Part shown: one piece after another, positions 49,321 to 58,791 of the stretch
How the letters are laid out: the number at the start of each line of letters is the position of its first letter
Numbering within the stretch: position 1 is the first letter of the stretch
Notes under the pieces: generated by a model
What the model was told of the DNA's origin: nothing
The model's database searches: none
What the model saw: the letters and a program-made list of their open reading frames with translations, nothing else
Made by a program: the position numbers and the translations under genes
Origin: Candidatus Bathyarchaeia archaeon
Lineage (GTDB): Archaea > Thermoproteota > Bathyarchaeia > Bathyarchaeales > Bathycorpusculaceae
Assembly (NCBI GenBank): GCA_050012255.1
Contig: JBEKHN010000011.1
Location: forward strand, 9,047-73,046
Length of the DNA stretch: 64,000 bases
Direction: 5' to 3'

Positions 49321-49398
49321 TGGTGGACGGGCCGGGATTTGAACCCGGGGCCTCCACGATGCCAACGTGGCGATCGTACCAGGCTGATCTACCCGCCC
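49321..49398 (-). tRNA. tRNA-Ala (GGC), intronless, CCA encoded
   Basis: GGGCGGG/CCCGTCC acceptor with G3:U70, anticodon arm CCACG-TTGGCAT-CGTGG, GGTTCAAATCC T-arm. Confidence 0.95.
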
Positions 49399-49467
49399 GT
49401 TGATGTTGGTTCTGCAACTTAACCGTTTATGACAAGCTATAAGCATTTCTTAACGGTGCCAGCACAA

Positions 49468-50889
49468 CTAGCCGTAATGTAAGTACTGCGATAGTGTCTT
49501 CTGCATTGCCTTTGGTTTGCTGGAAAGTTCCTTCCACAGGTTTCCATCATTGTAGCTGTTCAGCTTTGAAATTGTCTTGTCAATCAGCGGTCGCGGAAAG
49601 ACTCCACTAGCTTCGTAGTACTTTCTGTCTTTCGCAAGGTTCTTTGCAGCCTCGGCACACGAGCGAGGCAAAAGTCTGAATCGCTTCTCTTTATGGCGCA
49701 CAGGGTCTGCATGCAAGTCTTCGGCGATCTTCAGCGATTCCTTAGAGTTTTCCAACCCGTAGTTTGCGGCTATGGCTAATCCTGCAAAGAGCAGGTGAGC
49801 GTTAGCGAAGGCGTCGGGAGCTCTGTATTCGAAGGTCTCTCTGCAACTTTCAGTCTTGCCGATTTTCTGCTTGAACTTCCACCAGAGAGGTATCCGGATC
49901 AAGGCGAGACGGTTTCTCGCACTCCAGCAGATGTGCATGGGCGATTCACTGCGCGCAATGAAACGCAAGTACGACACTGGGGTTGGGTTTCCGAAGGCGG
50001 CGAGGCTTGGAGCGAACTTTAATAATCCACCAATCATGCTTAAGGCTTCGATGCTTACGTCTCCTTCACGGTTAGCAACGATGTTAGTCCCATCCTTCAG
50101 CGCGCACATGTGAACGTGCATTCCACTTCCCGCATGGTTCAAGTCAATCTTTGGAACAAACGAGACAGACACACCGTGTCTCATACAGACATTTCGGACA
50201 ACCCACTTTGACACTGCTATCGTGTCAGCCATGTCTGGGAGGTCCTCCGGTGCGAACTCGATTTCATGCTGCTCCCAAATCTTGCCGTCACTTCCCACTG
50301 CGCGGCCAACTTCACCATGCGCGTACTTAGTCGGTACTCCAATAACATCTAGCGTGGCCAAGACTTCGTTCCGAATGCCTTCAAACTTTGCGAAGGGGGA
50401 GGATTCATGATAATTCTTGTCTGGTGCACCTAGAAAAAGCATTTCAGTCTGTCTTTCGGCAATTATGTAGAATTCAAGCTCAGCCATGGCCTTTAAGGCA
50501 ATGCTGCTCGAAGACCGCGGCTTTTCTTCAGCCTTAGCCAATACGTTTTCGGGAGCAATGTTCAACGGTTTCCCATTCTCATCCAAATACTCGCACAAAA
50601 TGTTCAACGTTGGCAGTATCGCAAAAGGGTTTACGAAAGCTTTGCCCAGACGAGGCGATATATAAATGTCACTCTTCGCCGGGTCGATAAACGAAAATAG
50701 ACTTGAGCCGTCAACTCTTTCACCGAACTCCAAGATCTCATGAACCCTGTTCTTATTCGCAGTGGAAAAGCTAAGGGTCTTCAGCCTCCCCTCCTCCGGA
50801 ATGTGGCAGAGGTTCAGTATCTTTATGTTGTTTTCTGAGATGAACTTGAGGACGGCCTCTTTTCCAGAGAAGTTCAACGTGTCGTACAT
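49468..50889 (-). CDS. glnA: glutamine synthetase family protein
   Basis: DGSS, ELEFY, H.EVG, QHEIEF, F.PK...AGSGMHVH, NR.ALIRIP, EYRAPD. Confidence 0.85.
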   Translation of the reverse strand: MYDTLNFSGKEAVLKFISENNIKILNLCHIPEEGRLKTLSFSTANKNRVHEILEFGERVDGSSLFSFIDPAKSDIYISPRLGKAFVNPFAILPTLNILCEYLDENGKPLNIAPENVLAKAEEKPRSSSSIALKAMAELEFYIIAERQTEMLFLGAPDKNYHESSPFAKFEGIRNEVLATLDVIGVPTKYAHGEVGRAVGSDGKIWEQHEIEFAPEDLPDMADTIAVSKWVVRNVCMRHGVSVSFVPKIDLNHAGSGMHVHMCALKDGTNIVANREGDVSIEALSMIGGLLKFAPSLAAFGNPTPVSYLRFIARSESPMHICWSARNRLALIRIPLWWKFKQKIGKTESCRETFEYRAPDAFANAHLLFAGLAIAANYGLENSKESLKIAEDLHADPVRHKEKRFRLLPRSCAEAAKNLAKDRKYYEASGVFPRPLIDKTISKLNSYNDGNLWKELSSKPKAMQKTLSQYLHYG

Positions 50890-51093
50890 GAATACGCCTT
50901 CCCGCGAGCACCTAAGTGACTCTAGAAAACCGATATTTTAACTCTCTCCACGGGGATCTTCCATTCAGCACAACCTGCTGCACATTATTCTTAATAAGGA
51001 TAGGTAGCTCTTCACAACGATACATTTTGAGGATTCGCTAAGTTTATTTACAAAGCATGGTCTGTAATAGGATGACCAAACAGCGGAGAAACA

Positions 51094-51651
51094 GTGATGT
51101 CGAAGAAGATTCCATCGAAAGATGAAGCGCTAGAAGCCCTAGACTTCATCGTCAATGTTCTCAAGGAGCACGAAAAGGACTTGGACAGGCTGATCAACGA
51201 ACTAGGCAACGTAACCGAAAAGATGGGCGACACAGGCGAACTTAGCGGAAAAGTCGAAAAAGTCGAAGAGCGATTGACCACGCTGCAGAACGAAATAACA
51301 AACCTCATCACTTACCTTTCTGCCTCACAAGAGTCACAGCCAGTCACGCCGCAACTCTTACAGGGAGCAAAAAGCGAAAACATGCAGGTTAAGGAAACAC
51401 GAGGGCCCCCAGTGATTCTTCGATGCAAACTGTGGGAGGACTTTCAAACGATGGCTACTCAGGCTCAGACGCTCTCTTTCATGTACCGAGAGGCAGAGAA
51501 AGCGTTTCAGGTAGACGCAGTAAAGGACAACCAGATCATCACCTACAGCGGCCAGCTGCCTAAGGAAGCATCAATGTTGAAAGCATGGCTTTCGAAACAG
51601 CTGGACGTTCCAGAAAAGAAGATTTTGGAAGGCATTTTGGCCATAGGCTAG
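51094..51651 (+). CDS. hypothetical coiled-coil protein
   Basis: heptad-rich N half, globular C half. Confidence 0.7.
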   Translation: MMSKKIPSKDEALEALDFIVNVLKEHEKDLDRLINELGNVTEKMGDTGELSGKVEKVEERLTTLQNEITNLITYLSASQESQPVTPQLLQGAKSENMQVKETRGPPVILRCKLWEDFQTMATQAQTLSFMYREAEKAFQVDAVKDNQIITYSGQLPKEASMLKAWLSKQLDVPEKKILEGILAIG

Positions 51652-51847
51652 CATCATTTTCAAATTGGCGTATGTTTTCTAGCTAAACAAGGTTTTTATA
51701 GTGGGCTTGACTCGTAAGTCTTACGATGTGCTGGAGGGCCAAGGTTGAAGGCTAACCACAAAAGCCAAAATGGTTTTTTTCCGTTCTCGAAGCCTTCTCC
51801 TTTCTCCTCAGTGACGGAAAATGGCTGAGTGGTTAGCCAAAAAACGA

Positions 51848-52035
51848 TGAAAACCCTCGGCACACCACAAAACCTGGAGACCAAAGCCATGGACCAAAAG
51901 AGCGCAGTAGTACAAAAGATGCACGAAGAATTCACTAGTTTCCGCAGCACGATGGAAGAACTGTACATGCTGAAGAAAGTGGCCGCAGACTTGAGAAGCT
52001 ATAGAAGAATGATAAAACTGAAAAAGTACGACTGA
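51848..52035 (+). CDS. possible small protein (start uncertain)
   Basis: short helical ORF in an otherwise empty 700-bp gap. Confidence 0.3.
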
Positions 52036-52363
52036 CGTGCGCCCCAATTTGGTAAAGATCGCCATTCAGCCCTCGCCTCAAAGTTGACACTTAACGGATC
52101 GTTCTCTTTGAAAACTGCCTGTGACTTCTAAGCCCCATTTCTAGTATGGATACCGCTATTAAACAATAATGGGCGGAAACCCATTGAATCACAGTTTTTT
52201 ACTCGAGGCCTTCTCGGTTATTCTTCGGGATACTTCCTATTGGCGGCCTTAGCCCTAAGAAGGATTCTAGCAATATTCCCTGTTCACGCACTTCCATCAA
52301 CAATGCATTGGTGTGCAAAAACTTATCCTTGTGCCAAACCATAGATCAGAAAGATGATCACTC

Positions 52364-52861
52364 ATGAAAGAGAAGACCTCAAACAATGTTCATGAGGCTT
52401 TCGTCGGCGAAGCCAAGGCTTTTCAAAGGCTTTTGATGTTCGCAAAAAAAGCAGAAATGGAAGAACTTCCGCAGATAGCCCACTTGTTTAGAGCTGTCGC
52501 TGCGGCTGAAGGAGTCCATGCGCGCAGGCATTTCGCTTTGTTGGAGTCCGTTGCAGACACGCAGACCAATCTGGAGAGAGCGTTCCAATCAGAGAACGCA
52601 GTGAACGCAGTCCACTACCCGAGGATGCTCCAAGAGGCCGAACAAGAAGGTGAAGAGGCAGCCGTTCTAGTTTTCTCGCAGGCCAGGGATGTCGAGGCGG
52701 AGCATGCTAACCTCTACAAAAGAGCTTTGAGTCACTTGATAGCACAACGCTCCACAGACTACTATGTCTGCACAGTCTGCGGCCACGTTTCCGAACGCGA
52801 ACCGCCTGAGACATGCCCAATCTGCGGCGCATCCAAATCGGCCTTTGAGAAAGTTCCCTAG
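52364..52861 (+). CDS. rbr: rubrerythrin
   Basis: AFVGE, E..HA, E..H diiron ligands; CTVCGH...CPICGA rubredoxin tail. Confidence 0.92.
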   Translation: MKEKTSNNVHEAFVGEAKAFQRLLMFAKKAEMEELPQIAHLFRAVAAAEGVHARRHFALLESVADTQTNLERAFQSENAVNAVHYPRMLQEAEQEGEEAAVLVFSQARDVEAEHANLYKRALSHLIAQRSTDYYVCTVCGHVSEREPPETCPICGASKSAFEKVP

Positions 52862-52954
52862 AAACGCAACTAAACACACACGTTAGCGCACGCTGTCAGA
52901 AAGGTATTGAAGGGACCTTCATCATTATTCTTTGGAAACAACTGCGTGGATAGC

Positions 52955-53281
52955 ATGGAGTTTTGTGATAAATGCGGTTCCCGCATGACCAGAACAAAGG
53001 AAGGCTTTCTGTGTCCAAAGTGCGGGGTTGCAATTCCTGCGAAGTCTGAAACGCCGGTGGGGAAGCAAAGGAAAAGAAATGATTTTGGGTACATTTACGT
53101 GTCCGGCCCCTCAGAAGGCGGCTATTCAAAGGTTTCCCGACGATGTCCACGATGCGGAAACACGAAAGCGTTCCGCTCGTCGTCCGGAATTCTTGGCGAG
53201 CACGCAGGCATCGGGCGAGAAAGAACACTAGAGCATTTCAGATGCACAAAGTGCGCCTACTCTTGGACAGAACAATCCTAG
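52955..53281 (+). CDS. transcription factor S (TFS/RpoM)-like double zinc-ribbon protein, atypical
   Basis: MEFCDKCGS.M...CPKCG; CPRCGN..A...F.C.KC...W. Confidence 0.78.
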   Translation: MEFCDKCGSRMTRTKEGFLCPKCGVAIPAKSETPVGKQRKRNDFGYIYVSGPSEGGYSKVSRRCPRCGNTKAFRSSSGILGEHAGIGRERTLEHFRCTKCAYSWTEQS

Positions 53282-53526
53282 GACGGTGACGATTGATTCG
53301 GGGCTTTTTGCCTCTCTATGTGAACAGCAATAATATATCCGCCAAAAACACCGCAAAGCAAAGAAGCTGAACACTGAAGCAGCCACAGCAAGACAGTCTC
53401 TCTGGGGAAGTAGGTTTGCCCCGAATAAGACAATATTCTCAACACAACATAACTGAAATTAACCAAAGAGATCCCTATTAGCGCAATCCCTACAGCCAAG
53501 TATTCTTTCATCCCTTCGTTCACCAT
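53278..53526 (-). CDS. small 2-TM hypothetical protein
   Basis: 82 aa, two hydrophobic helices. Confidence 0.55.
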   Translation of the reverse strand: MVNEGMKEYLAVGIALIGISLVNFSYVVLRILSYSGQTYFPRETVLLWLLQCSASLLCGVFGGYIIAVHIERQKAPNQSSPS

Positions 53527-53819
53527 GCCTATTCCTCATTGTTAAGAATTTATGGTTTTCCAATGGTAATGCTGGACAACCTTTTTGGAAGATCTGTTAG
53601 CACGGGCATTCCGAATGAAGACACGTTTGTGACTGATTTCGAACGTTTCTTAACAGTTAATGGTTATTGAAAACCGGCTCCCTCGTTTCTTGGTGACCAC
53701 GTCAGGTATTCATGGAATACGCTTTTCTCATGCGCTCAATCTCCGCTTCTTCGGAGCCAAGGAAGGGAAGAGGAGCCCCTTGAGGCAGGGCAACGCCAAT
53801 TCCGTTTGGCCCAAGACTG

Positions 53820-56462
53820 TTACGCGTAATGTTCCAGACGTTGGGCGTACCGCTTGTAGAACGTCCTTTTCAGAGATTCCACTAGTGTTAGGTAGGCCAC
53901 GATGAAAGCTGCTAGGAACGGGAAGAACTCGAGCGGAGGTGCGACAAATCCAAACACGGCACCTAATGGTGTGTAAGGCAGGAACAGAGCTACGCCGACG
54001 ATCGTTATGCTTGTCACCAACAAAGGCTTGCTCGGCTTGCTTCTGTAGAAAGGTGACTTTCTTGTTCTTATTGCAAATATGACTAGCGTCTGCGTGCACA
54101 AGGACTCGATGAACCAGGCCGTTTGAAACAGCGAATCGAAGTGAGCGTACATGCTGAAAACTTGAAACATGATGAGGAATGTTAAGAAGTCAAAGATCGA
54201 GCTTATCGGTCCGAAGAAAATCATGAAATTCCTTATATAATTAGTATCTAGTCTCTTTGGTTTTTGGATGTATTCTTTGTCGACGTTGTCTGTTGGGATG
54301 GTCACCTCGGACACGTCGTACAGCATGTTGTTAAGAAGTATTTGTGTTGGAAGCATTGGATAGAATGTCAAGAACACAGATGCTCCCGCGGCGCTGAACA
54401 TGTTTCCGAAATTCGAGCTAATGGCCATCAAAATGTACTTCATCGTATTACCGAAAGTCTTTCTACCTTCCAGAACCCCCGCACTCAACACCGTCAGGTC
54501 CTTGCGCAGCAGTATGATGTCAGCTGACTCCTTGGCAACGTCAACAGCGTTCTCAACGGATATCCCAACGTCTGCTATATGCATTGACGTTGCATCGTTT
54601 ATGCCGTCTCCAAGAAAACCAACGACGTGTCCATTCCTTTTCAAAGCGTTCATGATTCTATCCTTTTGGGCTGGGCTAACCCTCGCAAAGACGTTGGCTC
54701 CTTCCACAACTCTTGCAAGAGCATTATCTTGAGCCCTAGCAACATCGCTTCCGAGAACAATCCCTTTGATCTCGAATCCGAGCTGTTCACAGACTTTCTT
54801 GGTGACCAGCTCATTATCACCGGTAAGAATCTTCAACTCTATTCCTGCTTCTTTTAAGAGCTGTAGCGATTCTCTAGAACTCTCCTTAGGTGGGTCCATA
54901 AAGGCTACAAAGCCCAAGAAAATCATGTTCGTCTCATCTTTCACGGAATAGGTTGATTTTTCTTCGACCCATTTGTACGAGACTCCCAGAACTCTGAACC
55001 CCTGCGAGCTTAATTTGTTATAGTTGTCCTTCATTCTCTTCTGCTCTTCACTTGTCAAGCGGGTTATCTCGTTTCCAAGTTCAAACTCTGAACACACATC
55101 GGCAATTTCTTCAAGGGCTCCCTTAGTGATCATTAATCGCGCGTTTTCATACTCAACAACGATGGAGACACGCCTTCTGATGAAATCGAATGGCACTTCG
55201 TCCACTTTGTCGAAGTTCTTCACATCCAATTGCTTGTACCGAAGTATAGCATCGTCAAGAGGGCTCTTCAGCCCCGTTTCATAATAGCTGTTAACGAAGG
55301 CATACAACAGCACTTTTTCATCGTCTTTTCCTTCCATATCAACGTGCAGAGTAAGCGTAATCACGTTCTGCGTCAGCGTACCTGTCTTGTCAGTGCATAA
55401 GACATCCATGTTCCCGAAATTCTGAATGGACGCCAGACGCTTAACTATGACGTCCTTCTTCGACATTTCAAGGGCCCCCTTTGAAAGGTTCACCGAAACT
55501 ATCATGGGCAAAAGTTCAGGCGTCAGCCCTACTGCAATGGCCACGGCGAATAGAAGGGATGTTAGAACGTCTGATTGGCCGAGCGCGCCCAAAAACACTG
55601 GTTTGAGGAAGACGTTTATGAAGAAAATGAATATGACCAGAACCAAAGCGACTTCCATTATGAGAAAACCGAATCTCCTAAGCCCTCTTTCGAATTCCGT
55701 TTCAGGTGCTCTTGCAACGAGCTCCTTTGCGATTTTCCCGTACTCGGTTGAGCCACCAGTTCTCACCGCAACCGCGGTTGCAGTTCCACTTACGATCGAA
55801 GTTCCAAGGAAGACGAGGTTACCTGCTTCGGTGATCGTTGCACCCCTAGTCGCTGCCGGTGCTGCCGCCGCCTTTTCCACCGGGAACGACTCGCCTGTCA
55901 ATCCTGACTGGTCCACGTACAGGTCCTTCAGGCTTATCAACCTCGAGTCAGCCGGCACGACATCTCCGGCAGAAAGATAGACTATGTCGCCTGGAACGAC
56001 TTCGGAAAGCCTTACTTCAGTCTTGACAGAATCTCTGAGAACCGTTGCAGTGGTGACCACCCTTTTCTTCAGCATCTCAGCGGACTTTTCAGCTTTGGAC
56101 TCTTGATAGACATCAAGAACCACACTAAAGAGCACTATTATGAATATGATTATGGCATCTGGCAACTGTCCAATAGGAATTGAGATCAAACCCGCAAGAA
56201 GCAATATGAACACAAGCGGATTCCTGAGATGGTAGAAGAACTCGACGGCGCCAGTACGTCTCCTTCTCCGAGCAAGTTCGTTGTAGCCGTACGTTTGAAG
56301 ACGGCTTCTTGCCTCTTGAGAGGTCAGGCCTGACGGAGAAGTGCCCAACCTTGCAAGAACGTCTTCGGTGGGCAGGGCCAGAATCTCATCTAGGCTGGTT
56401 GATTGGGACCAGCTCAGTGTCTTCTCCGTTTCCTTCTTTTTGGATGCACCCGCAACTTCCAT
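53820..56462 (-). CDS. mgtA: magnesium-translocating P-type ATPase
   Basis: TGES, AVGLTPELLP, DKTGT, KGALEE, GDGIND, SSNFGNMFS, QILLNN.LYD, FQTAWF.ESL. Confidence 0.93.
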   Translation of the reverse strand: MEVAGASKKKETEKTLSWSQSTSLDEILALPTEDVLARLGTSPSGLTSQEARSRLQTYGYNELARRRRRTGAVEFFYHLRNPLVFILLLAGLISIPIGQLPDAIIIFIIVLFSVVLDVYQESKAEKSAEMLKKRVVTTATVLRDSVKTEVRLSEVVPGDIVYLSAGDVVPADSRLISLKDLYVDQSGLTGESFPVEKAAAAPAATRGATITEAGNLVFLGTSIVSGTATAVAVRTGGSTEYGKIAKELVARAPETEFERGLRRFGFLIMEVALVLVIFIFFINVFLKPVFLGALGQSDVLTSLLFAVAIAVGLTPELLPMIVSVNLSKGALEMSKKDVIVKRLASIQNFGNMDVLCTDKTGTLTQNVITLTLHVDMEGKDDEKVLLYAFVNSYYETGLKSPLDDAILRYKQLDVKNFDKVDEVPFDFIRRRVSIVVEYENARLMITKGALEEIADVCSEFELGNEITRLTSEEQKRMKDNYNKLSSQGFRVLGVSYKWVEEKSTYSVKDETNMIFLGFVAFMDPPKESSRESLQLLKEAGIELKILTGDNELVTKKVCEQLGFEIKGIVLGSDVARAQDNALARVVEGANVFARVSPAQKDRIMNALKRNGHVVGFLGDGINDATSMHIADVGISVENAVDVAKESADIILLRKDLTVLSAGVLEGRKTFGNTMKYILMAISSNFGNMFSAAGASVFLTFYPMLPTQILLNNMLYDVSEVTIPTDNVDKEYIQKPKRLDTNYIRNFMIFFGPISSIFDFLTFLIMFQVFSMYAHFDSLFQTAWFIESLCTQTLVIFAIRTRKSPFYRSKPSKPLLVTSITIVGVALFLPYTPLGAVFGFVAPPLEFFPFLAAFIVAYLTLVESLKRTFYKRYAQRLEHYA

Positions 56463-56692
56463 GACTTTTGCCTCCGTTGACCTTGAAGCGCAAGAGCCGA
56501 GATATCATCTGGCTTAAGAGGCAGATTGCTCAGATGATCTAATACGTGTTTTGGACGTGTTTTGGCGGATGGCTTGTTGTCTGAACGATGCTGATTCTCT
56601 GCAAGTTCACTGCCACGGTGAGTCTGTTGTTCTCCAAGATCTAGACCAGATTTGCGTCGGCGTCGACCGCTACGCAGACATTGGTGGCCGTT

Positions 56693-56864
56693 TCGCGCAC
56701 TGGCTTGTCCCTAAATTCGCCAATAGCGCACACGTGAGAGCATATACAGTTTGCATATACAGTTGACGAGCATCGTTGAAAACGGTGAGGCTTTTCAAGT
56801 TGGATGCGGAGCTACGTGGCTGTTCAAGTGCGCACGCATAATAAAGGGACAAGGCAGCGCGCAA
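56693..56864. repeat. inverted pair of degenerate 26-bp sites
   Basis: 56693-56718 TCGCGCACTGGCTTGTCCCTAAATTC and 56839-56864 TAATAAAGGGACAAGGCAGCGCGCAA. Confidence 0.6.
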
Positions 56865-56940
56865 TTAGAGAATAAGAGTGCGAGGCGTGGGACGTTCACC
56901 CAAGTTTATCGGTAAGAATATGCTTTCAATATGCTTGGCG

Positions 56941-56967
56941 AGAGTTCGAATCTCTGCTGGGCTACCA
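56941..56967 (+). other. tRNA 3'-end fragment (Gln-like), att-like
   Basis: AGAG-TTCGAAT-CTCT-GCTGGGCT-ACCA; no 5' half upstream. Confidence 0.6.
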
Positions 56968-57022
56968 TTCCACCCAATTCAGAGTGACGCTCAAACTCGG
57001 GTTAATAGCGGTGCAAAAGGGA

Positions 57023-57189
57023 GGCATGGGGTTTTCCGATGGGGATGGTTACTGTCACGGTTCGGGCTGGGTGCTTTCGTGCTCAAGCTCTCTCTCCGGG
57101 GTATCCTATATGACCCAAATGTGATTGAAGAACAAAATGAGCAGCACGAGCCACTTCCCAAAAGAATTTAGGAACACGCTAGCGCGTTA
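57023..57189 (+). repeat. dispersed ~170-bp repeat, copy 2
   Basis: aligns with 10006-10177. Confidence 0.9.
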
Positions 57190-57291
57190 TGGTGGTCTGC
57201 GGACTTGACGTCCAAACCGTGAGGGCAGATGAAAGTGCTGCAAGTGAGGTCTTTTGACTTCAGTTCCGTTCGCTTTACCAAGACAAAACAA

Positions 57292-57636
57292 TTAGTGGTG
57301 TTCCACTAGGATGTCTTTTCCTTCAACTTTCACCGCGTAAGCAGGCTCGTCTTTGATTTTTGGGTGCATGAGGAGAACCCTTGGGTCCGAAACCACTTTG
57401 CCGGTTGTGACGTCGAATTTTGCTTTGTGATTGGGGCAGATTACTATGTTTCCCTCAAGTGTTCCTTTTGATAGTTCCCCATTCCTGTGTGTGCAAATGT
57501 TTCCGATGACGTAATAAATGCCTTTTACGTTCGCAATCAAAACCTGATTTTCCACGAACTTGAAGGCCTTCATTTGTCCCAGAGGGATCTCAGACGTTTC
57601 CGCAACTTTCACAAAAGTCAGTTTTTCCACCTTCAA
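57292..57636 (-). CDS. Rieske [2Fe-2S] ferredoxin
   Basis: CTH...CPNH..FDVTTG. Confidence 0.9.
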   Translation of the reverse strand: MKVEKLTFVKVAETSEIPLGQMKAFKFVENQVLIANVKGIYYVIGNICTHRNGELSKGTLEGNIVICPNHKAKFDVTTGKVVSDPRVLLMHPKIKDEPAYAVKVEGKDILVEHH

Positions 57637-57674
57637 TCGTTCTTCATGCTTTTCTCGCCTATTTTCAATCGCTA

Positions 57675-58307
57675 TTAATTGCTAATGGCAGGCGCTTGCC
57701 GCAGATACTTCGTATCCTGGACTTGTCTGAGCAGGAAATCGGCCAAATCTGCACGGGAAATCCATGTCCCCACTTCGCCCTTGCCTACATAGCCAGCTTT
57801 GACTTTTCCAGATTTGGGATTATTGTTAAGCATTGTCAAACGCACGATGGTCCAATCAAGATCGGAGTCGCGTACCGTTTCTGCGACGCTGACTATCTCT
57901 TCATACGCATCATGCATCGTGACCTTAACAAGGTTGACCAGAGCTTTGGTTCTGAAATTCAGCGGGTCGTTTGGATCCTTAGCGCTAAGGGTTGAAGTTA
58001 TGATTAGTCTTCGTATGCCTTGTTTCTTCATGGCAGCAATGATGCTGTGCATTCCGCGCGTAATTGGTTTGTTTTTCGAATCGCCTCTTGGACCCAGAGC
58101 ACTAATGACTGCGTCTGCCTCACTTACTGCGCTTTCAATCAAAGGCTCATCAGTCAATTCGCCTTGTATAACCTTCAAATGCTCATGGCTTATGTTCAGC
58201 TTGGATGGATTACGAACATAAGCTACAACATAATCTCCGGCGGCAAGTGCCTGTTCGACGAGTCGTATGCCTGTGTTACCGGTTGCTCCAAAAACAGCGA
58301 TTCTCAT
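57675..58307 (-). CDS. NAD(P)H-binding flavin reductase / biliverdin reductase B-like atypical SDR
   Basis: GATGNTG, VRNPSK, DAVISALG, LDWTIVR, ISRADLA. Confidence 0.88.
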   Translation of the reverse strand: MRIAVFGATGNTGIRLVEQALAAGDYVVAYVRNPSKLNISHEHLKVIQGELTDEPLIESAVSEADAVISALGPRGDSKNKPITRGMHSIIAAMKKQGIRRLIITSTLSAKDPNDPLNFRTKALVNLVKVTMHDAYEEIVSVAETVRDSDLDWTIVRLTMLNNNPKSGKVKAGYVGKGEVGTWISRADLADFLLRQVQDTKYLRQAPAISN

Positions 58308-58322
58308 GTCATCACATGCACC

Positions 58323-58733
58323 CTAAGCTCTTAGCAAGATGTCGTTGCCCTCTGCTCTTACTTCGTATGTGGGCTGATCATAGGTTTTGATAGACTCTTG
58401 TATTTTTCGTTGGCGTTGGACCAATTGCGATATGGTCTTCTGGACTTCTTCGGGGCACTTTTCAAATATGTTTGCACTACCTGTCATTTCTACTGGGCCC
58501 GAAACCATTTTCCCCGTAATCACATCAAATCGTGAGAAGTGTTGAGGACAAGTCACGATGTTCTTGTCCAAAGTGCCCATAGAAAGCCTCGCGTTCATGT
58601 GACTGCATCGGTCACTTGTTGCGCAGATTTTGCCATCCACGTTTACGAGCATTATCTCTTTTCCGTCTACTTCAACGTGCCTTATCTTGCCCAGAGGAAT
58701 CTCCGAAGTCTCAGCGACTTTGATAAAACTCAA
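58323..58733 (-). CDS. Rieske [2Fe-2S] ferredoxin with helical insertion
   Basis: CSH...CPQH.SRFDV.TG. Confidence 0.88.
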   Translation of the reverse strand: MSFIKVAETSEIPLGKIRHVEVDGKEIMLVNVDGKICATSDRCSHMNARLSMGTLDKNIVTCPQHFSRFDVITGKMVSGPVEMTGSANIFEKCPEEVQKTISQLVQRQRKIQESIKTYDQPTYEVRAEGNDILLRA

Positions 58734-58791
58734 ATTTCACACCTGATTGTCTTCTGAGGGTTAGAATTACAGTTAACGTCAAGCTTACTCA

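Noticed and set aside
49321-49398. tRNA-Ala as the integration site for the accessory blocks
   Set aside because: None of the orphan tRNA fragments match its 3' end (CCCGTCCACCA), and its flanks are core genes.
56878-57171. 97-aa ORF
   Set aside because: Overlaps the inverted core, tRNA fragment and dispersed repeat; the frame is not preserved in copy 1.
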